A stretch of DNA of 64,000 bases, taken from the NCBI GenBank assembly GCA_963921275.4, contig OZ001293.3, positions 608,001 through 672,000 on the forward strand. The letters run 5' to 3'. The stretch comes from an uncultured Hormoscilla sp. GTDB taxonomy: Bacteria > Cyanobacteriota > Cyanobacteriia > Cyanobacteriales > Desertifilaceae. Positions within the stretch are counted from its first letter, which is position 1, and each line of letters begins with the position of its first letter. Shown in pieces: positions 10,657-20,461 of the stretch. The notes under the pieces were generated by a model. The model worked only from the letters and a program-made list of their open reading frames with translations, ran no database searches and was not told where the DNA came from. A program made the position numbers and the translations under genes.

Positions 10657-11409
10657 TCACCCGATCGGGTGCCGCCCGTGCAGCCCGATCGCACCCCCCC
10701 ATCGCGCACTTGATCGCCCCTTTCCCCGATCGCCCCTTCCCCGATCGCCTTCCGGAACGCCCGCACTCACACCCGCTTCGCCCCTTTGCCCAAGCGCCCA
10801 TCTTCCAAGGGTTCGGGCTCTATCAGTTATATCTATACCTAGATTTGACAACCTTTGCAGTGATATACTTACTTCGTACCTAACCTGTTCTGAAGGGTCA
10901 TTTTTCATCTGCAAAAGCTCAGCTAATGCTTCCTGTGACAATTCTTCATCGCTCTCGTTTTGAACTATATGTTCTAATCCATGAGATACAAACGCTCTCG
11001 GACCTTCTTTTTCCAATGTCTTCATAGAACAGAGCGTTTCAAATGCCCGTCGATCCTGATAATATTCTCCTATAATTTCATAAATTACAAACCATGACAT
11101 CCAATCCTCGAATTTTTCATAAGAATCTTTTAATGCTGGAAGAAGTCGCTCTTTTTGTTCCTCAGACAGAAACTCCCAATTATACATCAATACCTGAACA
11201 AATAAGCATCGTGATTCTTCTAGTTCTAAAATCTCCCGTCGCTTTAATAAACTAAGAATCATTTGGAATATCTCTTCGGGAAAATTATCACAAAAAAAGA
11301 TTAGATTATCGTCCAGAGCCTTGCAAAACGCTTCAAACTGTGCAACACCACCAATACTAATAGCTTGGACAGCTTCTTGGAGAGCTTCTTCAATACTTTT
11401 TCTATCCAC
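10657..11409 (-). CDS. Orphan HEAT-repeat-like immunity protein, paralog of 19619-20323 (C-terminus reads into GC-rich repeats)
   Basis: Highly similar to 19619-20323 (NFPEEIFQMILSLL...KNDPSEQVRYEV). Confidence 0.7.
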   Translation of the reverse strand: MDRKSIEEALQEAVQAISIGGVAQFEAFCKALDDNLIFFCDNFPEEIFQMILSLLKRREILELEESRCLFVQVLMYNWEFLSEEQKERLLPALKDSYEKFEDWMSWFVIYEIIGEYYQDRRAFETLCSMKTLEKEGPRAFVSHGLEHIVQNESDEELSQEALAELLQMKNDPSEQVRYEVSISLQRLSNLGIDITDRARTLGRWALGQRGEAGVSAGVPEGDRGRGDRGKGRSSARWGGAIGLHGRHPIG

Positions 11410-11502
11410 TATCCCTACTCCTTATTAATCAACCTTTCTGTCGGTACATTAATAAAACTAATTGAACAAACCGTTGCCAAGTCCGAAATATTGTAGCTAT
11501 TA

Positions 11503-11593
11503 TATAGCATTTTTAATCTAGTGAGGTACGGAATAATTGGCTATCACTGGCAGTGCCAAGAATGTCGTACCTCACGAGGGTGAAACCGCTATA
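11503..11593. mobile_element. Short MITE of the TATAGC family (second copy ~20376-20466)
   Basis: TATAGC...GTGAGGTAC / GTACCTCAC...GCTATA inverted ends. Confidence 0.5.
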
Positions 11594-11638
11594 TAGGCTG
11601 TGGTCCGGGTATTAGTATGAGAACTCCAAACTTGTTTA

Positions 11639-12502
11639 TCATTCCCCCCAATGAGATCTCTTGTGAGAGTAATGACGTCTATTTTGAAAAGAGACTATGG
11701 AAAGGTTTTTTAACTTTAATAAAGGAGAAAGATCTCCATCTACTATCTTTGTCGAACCAGTAAACAAAACCATCTCTAGCTTGTTTAATTTTTCCAGTAG
11801 TTTTAACGAATCAATGTCACGGTTATCACAAATCTGTAGCTTTTTAAGCTTGTCAAGATTGGCAATTTCATTTATAGATGTTAAGGACGAACAGTTCTTA
11901 ATTTCGCATTCTTCTAGAAGAGTTAAATCTTCTATCCCAGACAAAGATGGTAGTTTTGTTAGATAATAAAGACCGAGAATTTTTAGTTTACATAGTTGTT
12001 TCAAACCCTCAAGACTTTTAATTGGTGCAACAGATATCCGCAATGACTCTAATTCGGTTAAATTTGAAAACTTGGATGTGTCTTGTTTAGTATAGCGATA
12101 GATAAACAACCGTTTTAAGGTTTTTCGATTAAATATAGATTTTGCTTTTGCTCTCCAAGATAAAAAGCAGTCTTCTAAATGAGGAAATTGCTCGAAATTT
12201 ATTTCGGTTTTACAATATGTACTTACTTCTAAGCTTTGTAATGAATGAAGATAGTTGATTGGAGAAATATCATCTATATTCCAATCAATTATGGAGAAAC
12301 ACCTTAAATGCGACATAGTTTTAAGAAAAGATAAATCTTTTCCTTTCCATCCTCTAGCATAATTAAGGTGAAGCTCTTTTATATCACGATCTAGAATGAA
12401 TTGGGTAATCTCATCGCTCCATGAAGAAGTTACTACAACCTTAACACCATGCTTTCCTTTTTCAAGAATAAATTTCTGCTCCATTGTTATTTTATGCTCC
12501 AT
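11639..12502 (-). CDS. Leucine-rich-repeat protein, probable immunity protein
   Basis: Repeated LxxLxxLxL motifs, AT-rich, directly downstream of toxin remnants. Confidence 0.8.
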   Translation of the reverse strand: MEHKITMEQKFILEKGKHGVKVVVTSSWSDEITQFILDRDIKELHLNYARGWKGKDLSFLKTMSHLRCFSIIDWNIDDISPINYLHSLQSLEVSTYCKTEINFEQFPHLEDCFLSWRAKAKSIFNRKTLKRLFIYRYTKQDTSKFSNLTELESLRISVAPIKSLEGLKQLCKLKILGLYYLTKLPSLSGIEDLTLLEECEIKNCSSLTSINEIANLDKLKKLQICDNRDIDSLKLLEKLNKLEMVLFTGSTKIVDGDLSPLLKLKNLSIVSFQNRRHYSHKRSHWGE

Positions 12503-12636
12503 TATTATTCACTGTGTGAGGGGCAAGAGTACCATTCAGGCTTAATATCCTGTAAGCCAGGACCTCTAAAGGCTTAAGCCTTTAGAGTAGGTCTTTTTTC
12601 AGGATAACTTTGCACTCTCCAGTTGTTTATCCAATG

Positions 12637-12830
12637 TTATTCATCCAATAAATGCCTTCTTTTTGGTCCAATCGGGTTTTTCTTATTCTCAAGATTTTGA
12701 ATCCCACCCAGTTCATCAATTATTCGTTGTTTGGCAATTTCTCGTTGGGTCTTACCGCCAACAACTTCTATTCTGTTAGCATTAGGTAACTCATCAGGAT
12801 CTAGTTTCCCTGTCTTTATATGTTGTTGCG
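12637..12830 (-). pseudogene. Toxin-tip remnant, possibly GIY-YIG/URI-like
   Basis: EVVGGKTQREIAKQRIIDELGGIQNLENKKNPIG with no N-terminus. Preceded by an LRR-immunity fragment (12835-12935). Confidence 0.4.
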
Positions 12831-12949
12831 AAAGATAAATCTTTTTCTTCCCATCCTTTAGCATGATTAATCTCGAGATCCTTTAGATCGCGATCTATAA
12901 TGAATTGTACAATCTCATCGCTCCATCGCCCAACAAGACCAATGAGATC

Positions 12950-13272
12950 GATCTCGGTAAACTGACCAATAGCATTGTAGCCAAAGTCCACCCGCTTATC
13001 CCTGACATTGTTGCCCGTCTGGGTGAGTTGGGTGAGGCGGTTCAAGGAGGAGAAGCTGTAGGCATTCGTGCCCCCTTTCGATGCCCTCGGGATGCTTCGC
13101 AAAAACCCCTCGGGCATCGCCACCCCATTGATAGTATCTGTCACCGACTTGACGTTGTCAACACCGTCGTAACTGTAGCTGAACCCACAAGGAACCACAT
13201 TGGGTGCCCCTGGAGTGCCAGTATTGTCTGCCGTCAGGACGCGATTCGCGGTTGTCATAGGTAAAGGCCAGG
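12950..13272 (-). pseudogene. Rhs core fragment
   Basis: Similar to 19250-19517 (RVLTADNTGTPGAPNVV...RVDFGYNAIGQFT). Confidence 0.85.
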
Positions 13273-13402
13273 TGTGGTCATAAGTAGTTGATAGCCGGGT
13301 GCATCTGGTGATACATGTATATAGCCCGCGCAGGCGGGCTTTGTTCATGTAGCCGGACCCTTTAGGGTGAGGGATCGAGCAAGCTCTGTATTGCGCATCG
13401 CT

Positions 13403-13888
13403 TCACCTATCATTTTTTTTCCAATAACTTTGAAGCGCTTCATCAGCGTCACCCAACGAGTACTCCTCATATTGCTCTTCCACACATTTTAAAAATGACG
13501 TAATCGCTTTTTTTTGTTCGCTTGTAAACTTAGCTACCCGCGATAGAAAATATTCTCTTAGCCTCGGTTCGCTGGGAGCTGATGCCGTCAAATTATAAAC
13601 CGTAAACATCAACACATTGCTATCTGGATTTTCCAGTCCATGAATCATATATGCTGGCAAAAAAAAGGGATAAGCTTCTGGACTTAAAAAAGACAAGGTG
13701 GAATAATTACTATTTATTATTTCCCTAGAAAGATCTTTCCAACTCTTCCAATGTTTTCCCTTAAAATCCTCAACTTCTGACTCCTCATAGCTTTGAGGAT
13801 GAAGAAGATGTTCGTCTCCTGGATATTTCACATTTTTAAATGCATCTTCTATTTCTTTTTTTACCTCTGTTGCTTTGACATTACCCAT
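13403..13888 (-). CDS. DUF6714-like immunity protein (orphan)
   Basis: IEDAFKNVKYPGD...FLSPEAYPFFLPAYM, with paralogs at ~14500-15000 and 17231-17725. Confidence 0.75.
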   Translation of the reverse strand: MGNVKATEVKKEIEDAFKNVKYPGDEHLLHPQSYEESEVEDFKGKHWKSWKDLSREIINSNYSTLSFLSPEAYPFFLPAYMIHGLENPDSNVLMFTVYNLTASAPSEPRLREYFLSRVAKFTSEQKKAITSFLKCVEEQYEEYSLGDADEALQSYWKKNDR

Positions 13889-14076
13889 CTTCTTACTTTT
13901 AACTTAGGAACTTAACTTACTTTTATCCAGGGTTATTTTATTCTACCCGATCGCCGTCACCCGTTCCCAGGCAGCGCATCCCGCAGAGCCGCATCCCGAA
14001 GCACGAGCGCCTAAGCGAGTGCGGAGAGGAGAGCAGCCGTGGGAACGAGGGGTGCGGCTACAAGAACCAAGCAATG

Positions 14077-15000
14077 TCATTGCGATTTTTCGCGCAGCGT
14101 GCGCAGCGTGGCAACCTTCCTGCGCTCGCTATATTGAGAAGCTCTACGCCGACAATTTTCTGCTGCACGACGCGCTTTGTCTGCTGCTTCTCTGTGACCA
14201 TCATCTTCACCTCTAAAAGATTTTTTATTTATAGCATCTCTGACTGCTGCTAACGCCTCAAAAAAAGCCGCATTTACAAGAGCTATTTCTTTATCCATGC
14301 CCGGGTTAAACCCCCACCCCTCCATTTGTAATACATCTTCTATTTCTTTTTTCGCGTCTTCAAATGTTGCTTTTACATTACCCAGATCGTAGCCGAAATT
14401 CGTGCTGCCACCACCGGGGTCGAGCGTCTCGTCGAGCGTCTCGATTAGGCGATCGCGAGGATCAATGCAGCTCGAACCACGCTCTGTATTGTGCATCGCT
14501 TCACTTATCATTTTTTTCCAATAACTTTGAAGCGCTTTATCAGCGTCCTCTCTATCGTATTCATCGTACTCATCATCTTGCTCTTTCACGCATTCTAAAA
14601 ATGACGTAATCGCTTTTTTTTGTTCGCTTGTAAACTTAGACATCTGCGATAGAACATATTCTCTTTGCCCCGGATCGCTGGGATCTGGTACCGTCAAATT
14701 ATAAACCGTAGACGTCAACATATCGCTATCTGGATTTTCCAGTCCATGAATCATATAGGCTGGCAAAAAAAAGGGATAAGCTTCTGGACTTAAAAAACAC
14801 AAGGTGGAACGATTATAATCTATTGTTTCCTTAGGAAGCTCTTTCCAACTCTTCCAATGTTTTCCTTGAAAATCCTCAACTTCTGACTCCTCATAGCTTT
14901 GAGGATGAAGAAGATGTTCGTCTCCTGGATATTTCACATTTTCAAATGCATCTTCTATTTCTTTTTTAACTTCTTCAATTGTTGCTTTTACATTACTCAT
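14077..15000 (-). CDS. DUF6714-like immunity protein cognate to 15038-17002; the stop is lost near 14510, so it reads into Rhs, immunity and toxin fragments
   Basis: The first ~163 aa match 13403-13888. The tail contains DPRDRLIETLD and an Ntox16-like fragment. Confidence 0.7.
   Translation of the reverse strand: MSNVKATIEEVKKEIEDAFENVKYPGDEHLLHPQSYEESEVEDFQGKHWKSWKELPKETIDYNRSTLCFLSPEAYPFFLPAYMIHGLENPDSDMLTSTVYNLTVPDPSDPGQREYVLSQMSKFTSEQKKAITSFLECVKEQDDEYDEYDREDADKALQSYWKKMISEAMHNTERGSSCIDPRDRLIETLDETLDPGGGSTNFGYDLGNVKATFEDAKKEIEDVLQMEGWGFNPGMDKEIALVNAAFFEALAAVRDAINKKSFRGEDDGHREAADKARRAAENCRRRASQYSERRKVATLRTLREKSQ
14120..14330 (-). pseudogene. Ntox16-like toxin tip remnant
   Basis: RDAINKKSFRGEDDGHREAADKARRAAENC parallels the 15038 tip. 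Confidence 0.7.
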
Positions 15001-15037
15001 ATTCTTACTTTTAACTTAGAAACTTTACTTACTTTTA

Positions 15038-17002
15038 TCAACAACATTGAGTAGCTATCTCCCGACATCTTTTTGCTGCATTACGCGCTTCGTTTGCCCT
15101 CTTTCTGTGACCACCATCTCCACCTCTAAAACATTTCTTATTTATAGCATCTCTGGTTGCTGCTTCGATATCATGTAAAATCGCATACATAAGAGCTGTT
15201 TCTTTATCGGTGACTCGTTTACACCCCTTGCCGTATGCATTAGCTTTAGCATCATTCACTGCCTGTTGTAGTTGATACCACTCCTGCTGCGTACAGTCCC
15301 CAGGTGGTTTTAATGTTACTGAGTCTGTTGCTGAGTCTGTTGGTGATTCAACATTTCCGTCTTCAAGTATTTCAGATAAAAGTAGCCCAGCTCCAATTCC
15401 CACAAGTATAACTAGCCCACCTATAATTATCGCACCGCCACCAATAAAGACAATCGGCGCAGCTGCTATGGTCGCCTCTCCTCTTGGATCGCTAGCATTT
15501 ATAGGCGAATTAAAAACATAACGATATAAATTAGGATCTCCGCCTCTAAACCCAATCGGATCGTTACTCAAGAACTTGCCCTGGATCCCATCGTAGTATC
15601 GCGCTCTATAGTAGTACAATCCTGTCTCCTCATCAAATTCCCGACCAGCGAACAAGTAGCACGTCTCAAAGTCTGCATCAGTCTCCGAGACTACATTACC
15701 AAAAGAATCGTAGGTTATATGGTTTATTACTGTACCGCTATTGTCCGCCAAATCGCGGATGGTTCCCAGGCGATCTGTCAGATGCCAGATCGCATCGCCA
15801 CCCACTTCTTCTTGAGCGAGAATTTGATCTACTTCCGGACCCTGTAGGTAACGGATGTCCAAAACTGGTTCATTGGCACCATCGGAATCGACAAACTCTA
15901 GATGCACATCAGACCCGTCATAAACAAAGTGAGTAACTAGGGCATTAACTGCATCTTGGGGGTTATTGTCTACCACCTTGGCAATACGCCGATCGAAAAC
16001 ATCATAGGTATACTCAACCCGCTGCGTCTCGTTACCCGCTGCATTCTTATCTATTACAGCAACCAACCGGTTACGATAATCCCACTCCAACTCCCGCACC
16101 ACACCCGTAGCAATCTCAGTCCGACGAATTAAATTCCCTTCATTATCATACTCATAGTTGAACGTACCGTCAGAAAGCAGCCTGTTGCCATCCCCCGTTT
16201 CATAACCTTCGCCGTGAATGCTGGAACTGACGCGGTTGCCATTGGCCTCGTAACTGTAGGACTCATCCGGGTTATTGGTATCACTGCGGTCAGATGCCGT
16301 CAACTGATCGCGGTTATCGTAGCTATAGTCAGTGACCCCGTCAATATCGGTAATCTGAGTAATGCGGCTACCAGCATCGTAGGCGAAGTTGTAGAATGCC
16401 ACATCTGCCGTACCGTTGTTGTGGGTTAAACTGGCCAGCCGGTTCATTTCGTTGTAGACATAGTCAGTGCCCGTCACCAACTGAGTCCCCGCCAGGTTAG
16501 CATAGCGATCGATCGCGGTAAACTGACCAATAGCATTATAGCCGAAGTCCACCCGCTTATCCCTAACATTGTTGCCCATCTGGGTGAGTTGGGTGAGACA
16601 GTTCAAGGAGGAGAAGCTGTAGGCATTCGTGCCCCCTGCCACCCCATTAATAGTATCTGTCACCGACTTGACATTGCCAACACTATCATAGCCGTAGCTG
16701 AGAACCACATTAGGTGCTCCTGGAGTGCTAGTATTATCTGACGTCAGGACCCGATCTCGGTTGTCATAGGTAAAGGCCAGGGCACTAAACCGGTCTTTCG
16801 CTGCTAGCAGATTGCTAGCTTTATCGTAACTGTAGTCGATCGCCTGCTCAGTTTCCACCCAAGTTTCCCCTATCAAGCGATCGATCTCATCATACTCGAA
16901 CTCAGTCCTGCGGCCATTCCCGTCCGTTCGGGCAATTAGGTTATCCACCGCATCATACTCATACTGAACGGTATTGCCCAGGGGGTCCGTCTCGCTAATC
17001 AA
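15038..17002 (-). CDS. Orphan Rhs module with Ntox16-like toxin tip (Rhs similarity begins ~17180)
   Basis: YD repeats, Rhs core ETGLYYYRARYYD...DPIG...SDPRG, a hydrophobic segment, then PPGDCT...INKKCFRGGDGGH. Confidence 0.9.
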   Translation of the reverse strand: MISETDPLGNTVQYEYDAVDNLIARTDGNGRRTEFEYDEIDRLIGETWVETEQAIDYSYDKASNLLAAKDRFSALAFTYDNRDRVLTSDNTSTPGAPNVVLSYGYDSVGNVKSVTDTINGVAGGTNAYSFSSLNCLTQLTQMGNNVRDKRVDFGYNAIGQFTAIDRYANLAGTQLVTGTDYVYNEMNRLASLTHNNGTADVAFYNFAYDAGSRITQITDIDGVTDYSYDNRDQLTASDRSDTNNPDESYSYEANGNRVSSSIHGEGYETGDGNRLLSDGTFNYEYDNEGNLIRRTEIATGVVRELEWDYRNRLVAVIDKNAAGNETQRVEYTYDVFDRRIAKVVDNNPQDAVNALVTHFVYDGSDVHLEFVDSDGANEPVLDIRYLQGPEVDQILAQEEVGGDAIWHLTDRLGTIRDLADNSGTVINHITYDSFGNVVSETDADFETCYLFAGREFDEETGLYYYRARYYDGIQGKFLSNDPIGFRGGDPNLYRYVFNSPINASDPRGEATIAAAPIVFIGGGAIIIGGLVILVGIGAGLLLSEILEDGNVESPTDSATDSVTLKPPGDCTQQEWYQLQQAVNDAKANAYGKGCKRVTDKETALMYAILHDIEAATRDAINKKCFRGGDGGHRKRANEARNAAKRCREIATQCC

Positions 17003-17230
17003 GCGATTCCGGTAATCGTAGACAAACGTCGTCTCGTTGTCAACCGGGTCCGTGACTGAGTTCAGGTTGTCATCCAGATCGTAGCCGAACTTAGTGCTGC
17101 CACCACCGGGGTCCAGCGTCTCTATTAGGCGATCGCGAGGATCGTAGATGTTCGTCGTCTCATTCCCCAGGAGGTCTACTGATTGATGTCAGAGCAATGC
17201 AGCGAGAACCACGCTCTGTATTGCGCCGCT

Positions 17231-17725
17231 TCACCTATCATTTTTTTTCCAATAACTTTGAAGCGCTTCATCAGCGTCATTCAACACGTACTTCTTATAT
17301 TGCTCTTTCACGCATTCTAAAAATGACGTAATCGCTTTTTTTTGTTCGCTTGTCAACTTAGCTATCTGCAATAGAAAATGTTCTTCTAGCTCCGGATCGC
17401 TGGGATATGATGCCGTCAAATTAAAAACCGTATACATCAACACATTGCTATCTGGATCTTCCAGTCCATAAATCATATATGCTGGCAAAAAAAAGGGATA
17501 AGCTTCTGGGCTGAAAAAAGGCAAGCTGCAATAATTATGAGCTATTATTTCCCCAGGAATATCTTTCCAACTCTTCCAATATTTTCCTTAAAAATCCTCA
17601 AAATCTGCATCTACATATTCTTGAGGATGAAGAATATCATCGTCATCTTCTGGATATTTCACATTTTCAAATGCATCTTCTTTTTTTTTTTTAACGTCTT
17701 CAATTGTTGCTTTTACATTACTCAT
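17231..17725 (-). pseudogene. DUF6714-like immunity gene, frameshifted
   Basis: Paralog of 13403-13888 with a frameshift near the 12-nt homopolymer at ~17681. Confidence 0.75.
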
Positions 17726-17762
17726 ATTCTTACTTTTAACTTAGAAACTTTACTTACTTTTA

Positions 17763-19517
17763 TCAACAACATCGATCAGCTATCTTTTGACAATTTTTTG
17801 CTGCATTACGCGCTTGCTCTAATGCCTTTCTGTGATTCTCATTTCCACCTCTAAAACATTTTTTATTTATAGCCTCTCTGGCTGCTGCTAGCGCCTCATG
17901 TAAAGCCGCATATGCAAGAGCTGTTTCTTTATCCATGCTCTATATACACCCCTTGCCGTGTGCATTACATTTAGCAGCTTTCACTGCCTGTTGTAGTTCA
18001 CGATGCTCCTGCTTTGTACAGTCTCCAGGTGGTTTTAAATTTTCTACTGAGTCTGTTGCTGAGTCTGTTGGTGATTCAACACTTCCGTCTTCAACTATTT
18101 CAGATAAAAGTAGCCCAGCTCCAATTCCCACCAATATAATTAGCCCACCTATAATTATCGCACCGCCACCAATAAAGACAATCGGCGCAGCTGCTACGGC
18201 CGCCTCTCCTCTTGGATCCCTAGCATTTATAGGCGAATTAAAAACATAACGATATAAATTAGGATCTCCGCCTCTAAACCCAATCGGATCGTTACTCAAG
18301 AACTTGCCCTGGGTCCCATCGTAGTATCTTGCCCGGTAGTAGTACAACCCTGTCTCACTATCGAACTCTCGTCCCGTAAACTGATAGCGCGTATCAAAGT
18401 CTGTATCAGTCTCGGAGACTACATTACCAAAAGAATCGTAGGTTATATGGTTTACCACTGTACCGCTACTGTCCACCAAATCCCGGACTGTACCCAGATG
18501 ATCTGTCAAATGCCACAAGACATTACTGGCCGCATCTTCTTGAGCAAGGACCCGATCGACACCAGGACCCTGGAGGTAACGGACATCCAAAACTGGTTCA
18601 TTGGTACCCGCTGCACCATCGGAATCGACAAACTCTAGATGCACATCAGACCCGTCATAAACAAAGTGAGTAACTAGGGCATTAACTGCATCTTGGGGGT
18701 TATTGTCTACCACCTTGGCAATACGCCGATCGAAAACATCATAGGTATACTCAACCCGCTGCGTCTCGTTACCCGCTGCATTCTTATCTATTACAGCAAC
18801 CAACCGGTTACGATAATCCCACTCCAACTCCCGCACCACACCCGTAGCGATCGCCGTCCGACGGATTAAATTCCCTTCATTATCGTATTCATAGTTGAAC
18901 GTACCGTCAGAAAGCAGCCTGTTGCCATCGCCAGTTTCGTAACCTTCGCCGTGAATGCTAGAACTGACGCGGTTGCCATTGGCCTCGTAACTGTAGGACT
19001 CATCCGGGTTATTGGTATCACTGCGGTCAGATGCCGTCAACTGATCGCGGTTATCGTAGCTATAGTCAGTGACCCCGTCAATATCGGTAATCTGAGTAAT
19101 GCGGCTACCAGCATCGTAGGCGAAGTTGTAGAATGCCACATCTGCCGTACCGTTGTTGTGGGTTAAACTGGCCAGCCGGTTCATTTCGTCGTAGCCATAG
19201 TCAGTGCCTGTCACCAACTGAGTCCCCGCCAGGTTAGCATAGCGATCGATCGCAGTAAACTGACCAATAGCATTGTAGCCAAAGTCCACCCGCTTATCGC
19301 TAACATTGTTGCCCGTCTGGGTGAGTTGGGTGAGACGGTTCAAAGCATCGTAGCTGTAGGCATTCGCGCCCCCTGCCACCCCACTGATAGTATCTGTCAC
19401 CGACTTGACATTGCCAACACTATCATAGCCGTAGCTGAGAACCACATTAGGTGCTCCTGGAGTGCCAGTATTGTCTGACGTCAGGACCCGATCGCGGTTG
19501 TCATAGGTAAATGCCAG
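17763..19517 (-). pseudogene. Orphan Rhs module with a second Ntox16-like tip, frameshifted near 17940
   Basis: ORF 17940-19445. The remainder of the tip (REAINKKCFRG...) is out of frame and ends at TGA 17763. Confidence 0.85.
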
Positions 19518-19618
19518 GTGTGGTCATAAGTAGTTGATAGCCGGGTGCATCTGGTGATACATGTATATAGCCCGCGCCGGAAGGTTGCCACGCTGCGCTC
19601 GCAATGACATTGCTTTGT

Positions 19619-20323
19619 TCATGTAGCCGGATCCTTTAGGGTTCGGGCTCTATCAGTTATATCTATACCTAGATTTGACAACCTTTTTGACAACCTTTGC
19701 AGTGATATACTTACTTCGTACCTAACCCGTTCTGAAGGATCATTTTTCATCTGCAAAAGTTCAGCTAATGCTTCCCGTGACAATTCTTCATCGCTCTCGT
19801 TTTGAACTATATGTTCTAATCCATGAGGTACAAACGCTCTCGGACCTTCTTTTGACAATGTCTTCAGAGAACAGAGCGTTTCAAATGCCCATCTATCCTG
19901 ATAAAATTCTCCTATAATTTCAGAAATTACAAACCATGACATCCAATCCTCGAATCTTTCATAAGAATCTTTTAATGCTAGAAGAAGTCGCTCTTTTTGT
20001 TCCTCAGACAGAAGCTCCCAATTAATTTCCAATACACTAACAAATAAACAATGTGATTCTTCTAGTTCTAAAATCTCCCGTCGCTTTAATAAACTAAGAA
20101 TCATTTGGAATATCTCTTCGGGAAAATTATTACAAAAGGTTAGATTGTAGTCCAGAGCCTCGCAAAACTCCTCAAACTGTGCAACACCACCAATACTAAT
20201 GGCTTGACATAGGGCTTCTTCAATACTTTCTTTATCCACACTAACGGCTTGGACAGCTTCTTGGAGAGCTTCTTCAATACTTTTTCTATCCACTATCCCT
20301 ACTCCTTGTTTCTGTCGGTCCAT
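19619..20323 (-). CDS. HEAT-repeat-like immunity protein cognate to the 20462 toxin
   Basis: Immediately downstream of the Rhs tip, acidic and helical, with LLQMKNDPSERVRYEV. Confidence 0.7.
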   Translation of the reverse strand: MDRQKQGVGIVDRKSIEEALQEAVQAVSVDKESIEEALCQAISIGGVAQFEEFCEALDYNLTFCNNFPEEIFQMILSLLKRREILELEESHCLFVSVLEINWELLSEEQKERLLLALKDSYERFEDWMSWFVISEIIGEFYQDRWAFETLCSLKTLSKEGPRAFVPHGLEHIVQNESDEELSREALAELLQMKNDPSERVRYEVSISLQRLSKRLSNLGIDITDRARTLKDPAT

Positions 20324-20461
20324 TAATAAAACTAATTGAACAAACCGTTGCCACGTCCGAAATATTGTAGCTATTATATAATGTTTTAATCTAGTGAGGT
20401 ACAGAATAATTGGCTATCACTGGCAGTGCCAAGAATGTCGTACCTCACGAGGGTGAAACCG

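Noticed and set aside
10505..10963. Pro/Arg-rich ORFs 10505-10801, 10538-10963 and 10623-10883
   Set aside because: They translate a MITE and a HIP1-rich low-complexity tract and overlap the immunity gene antisense.
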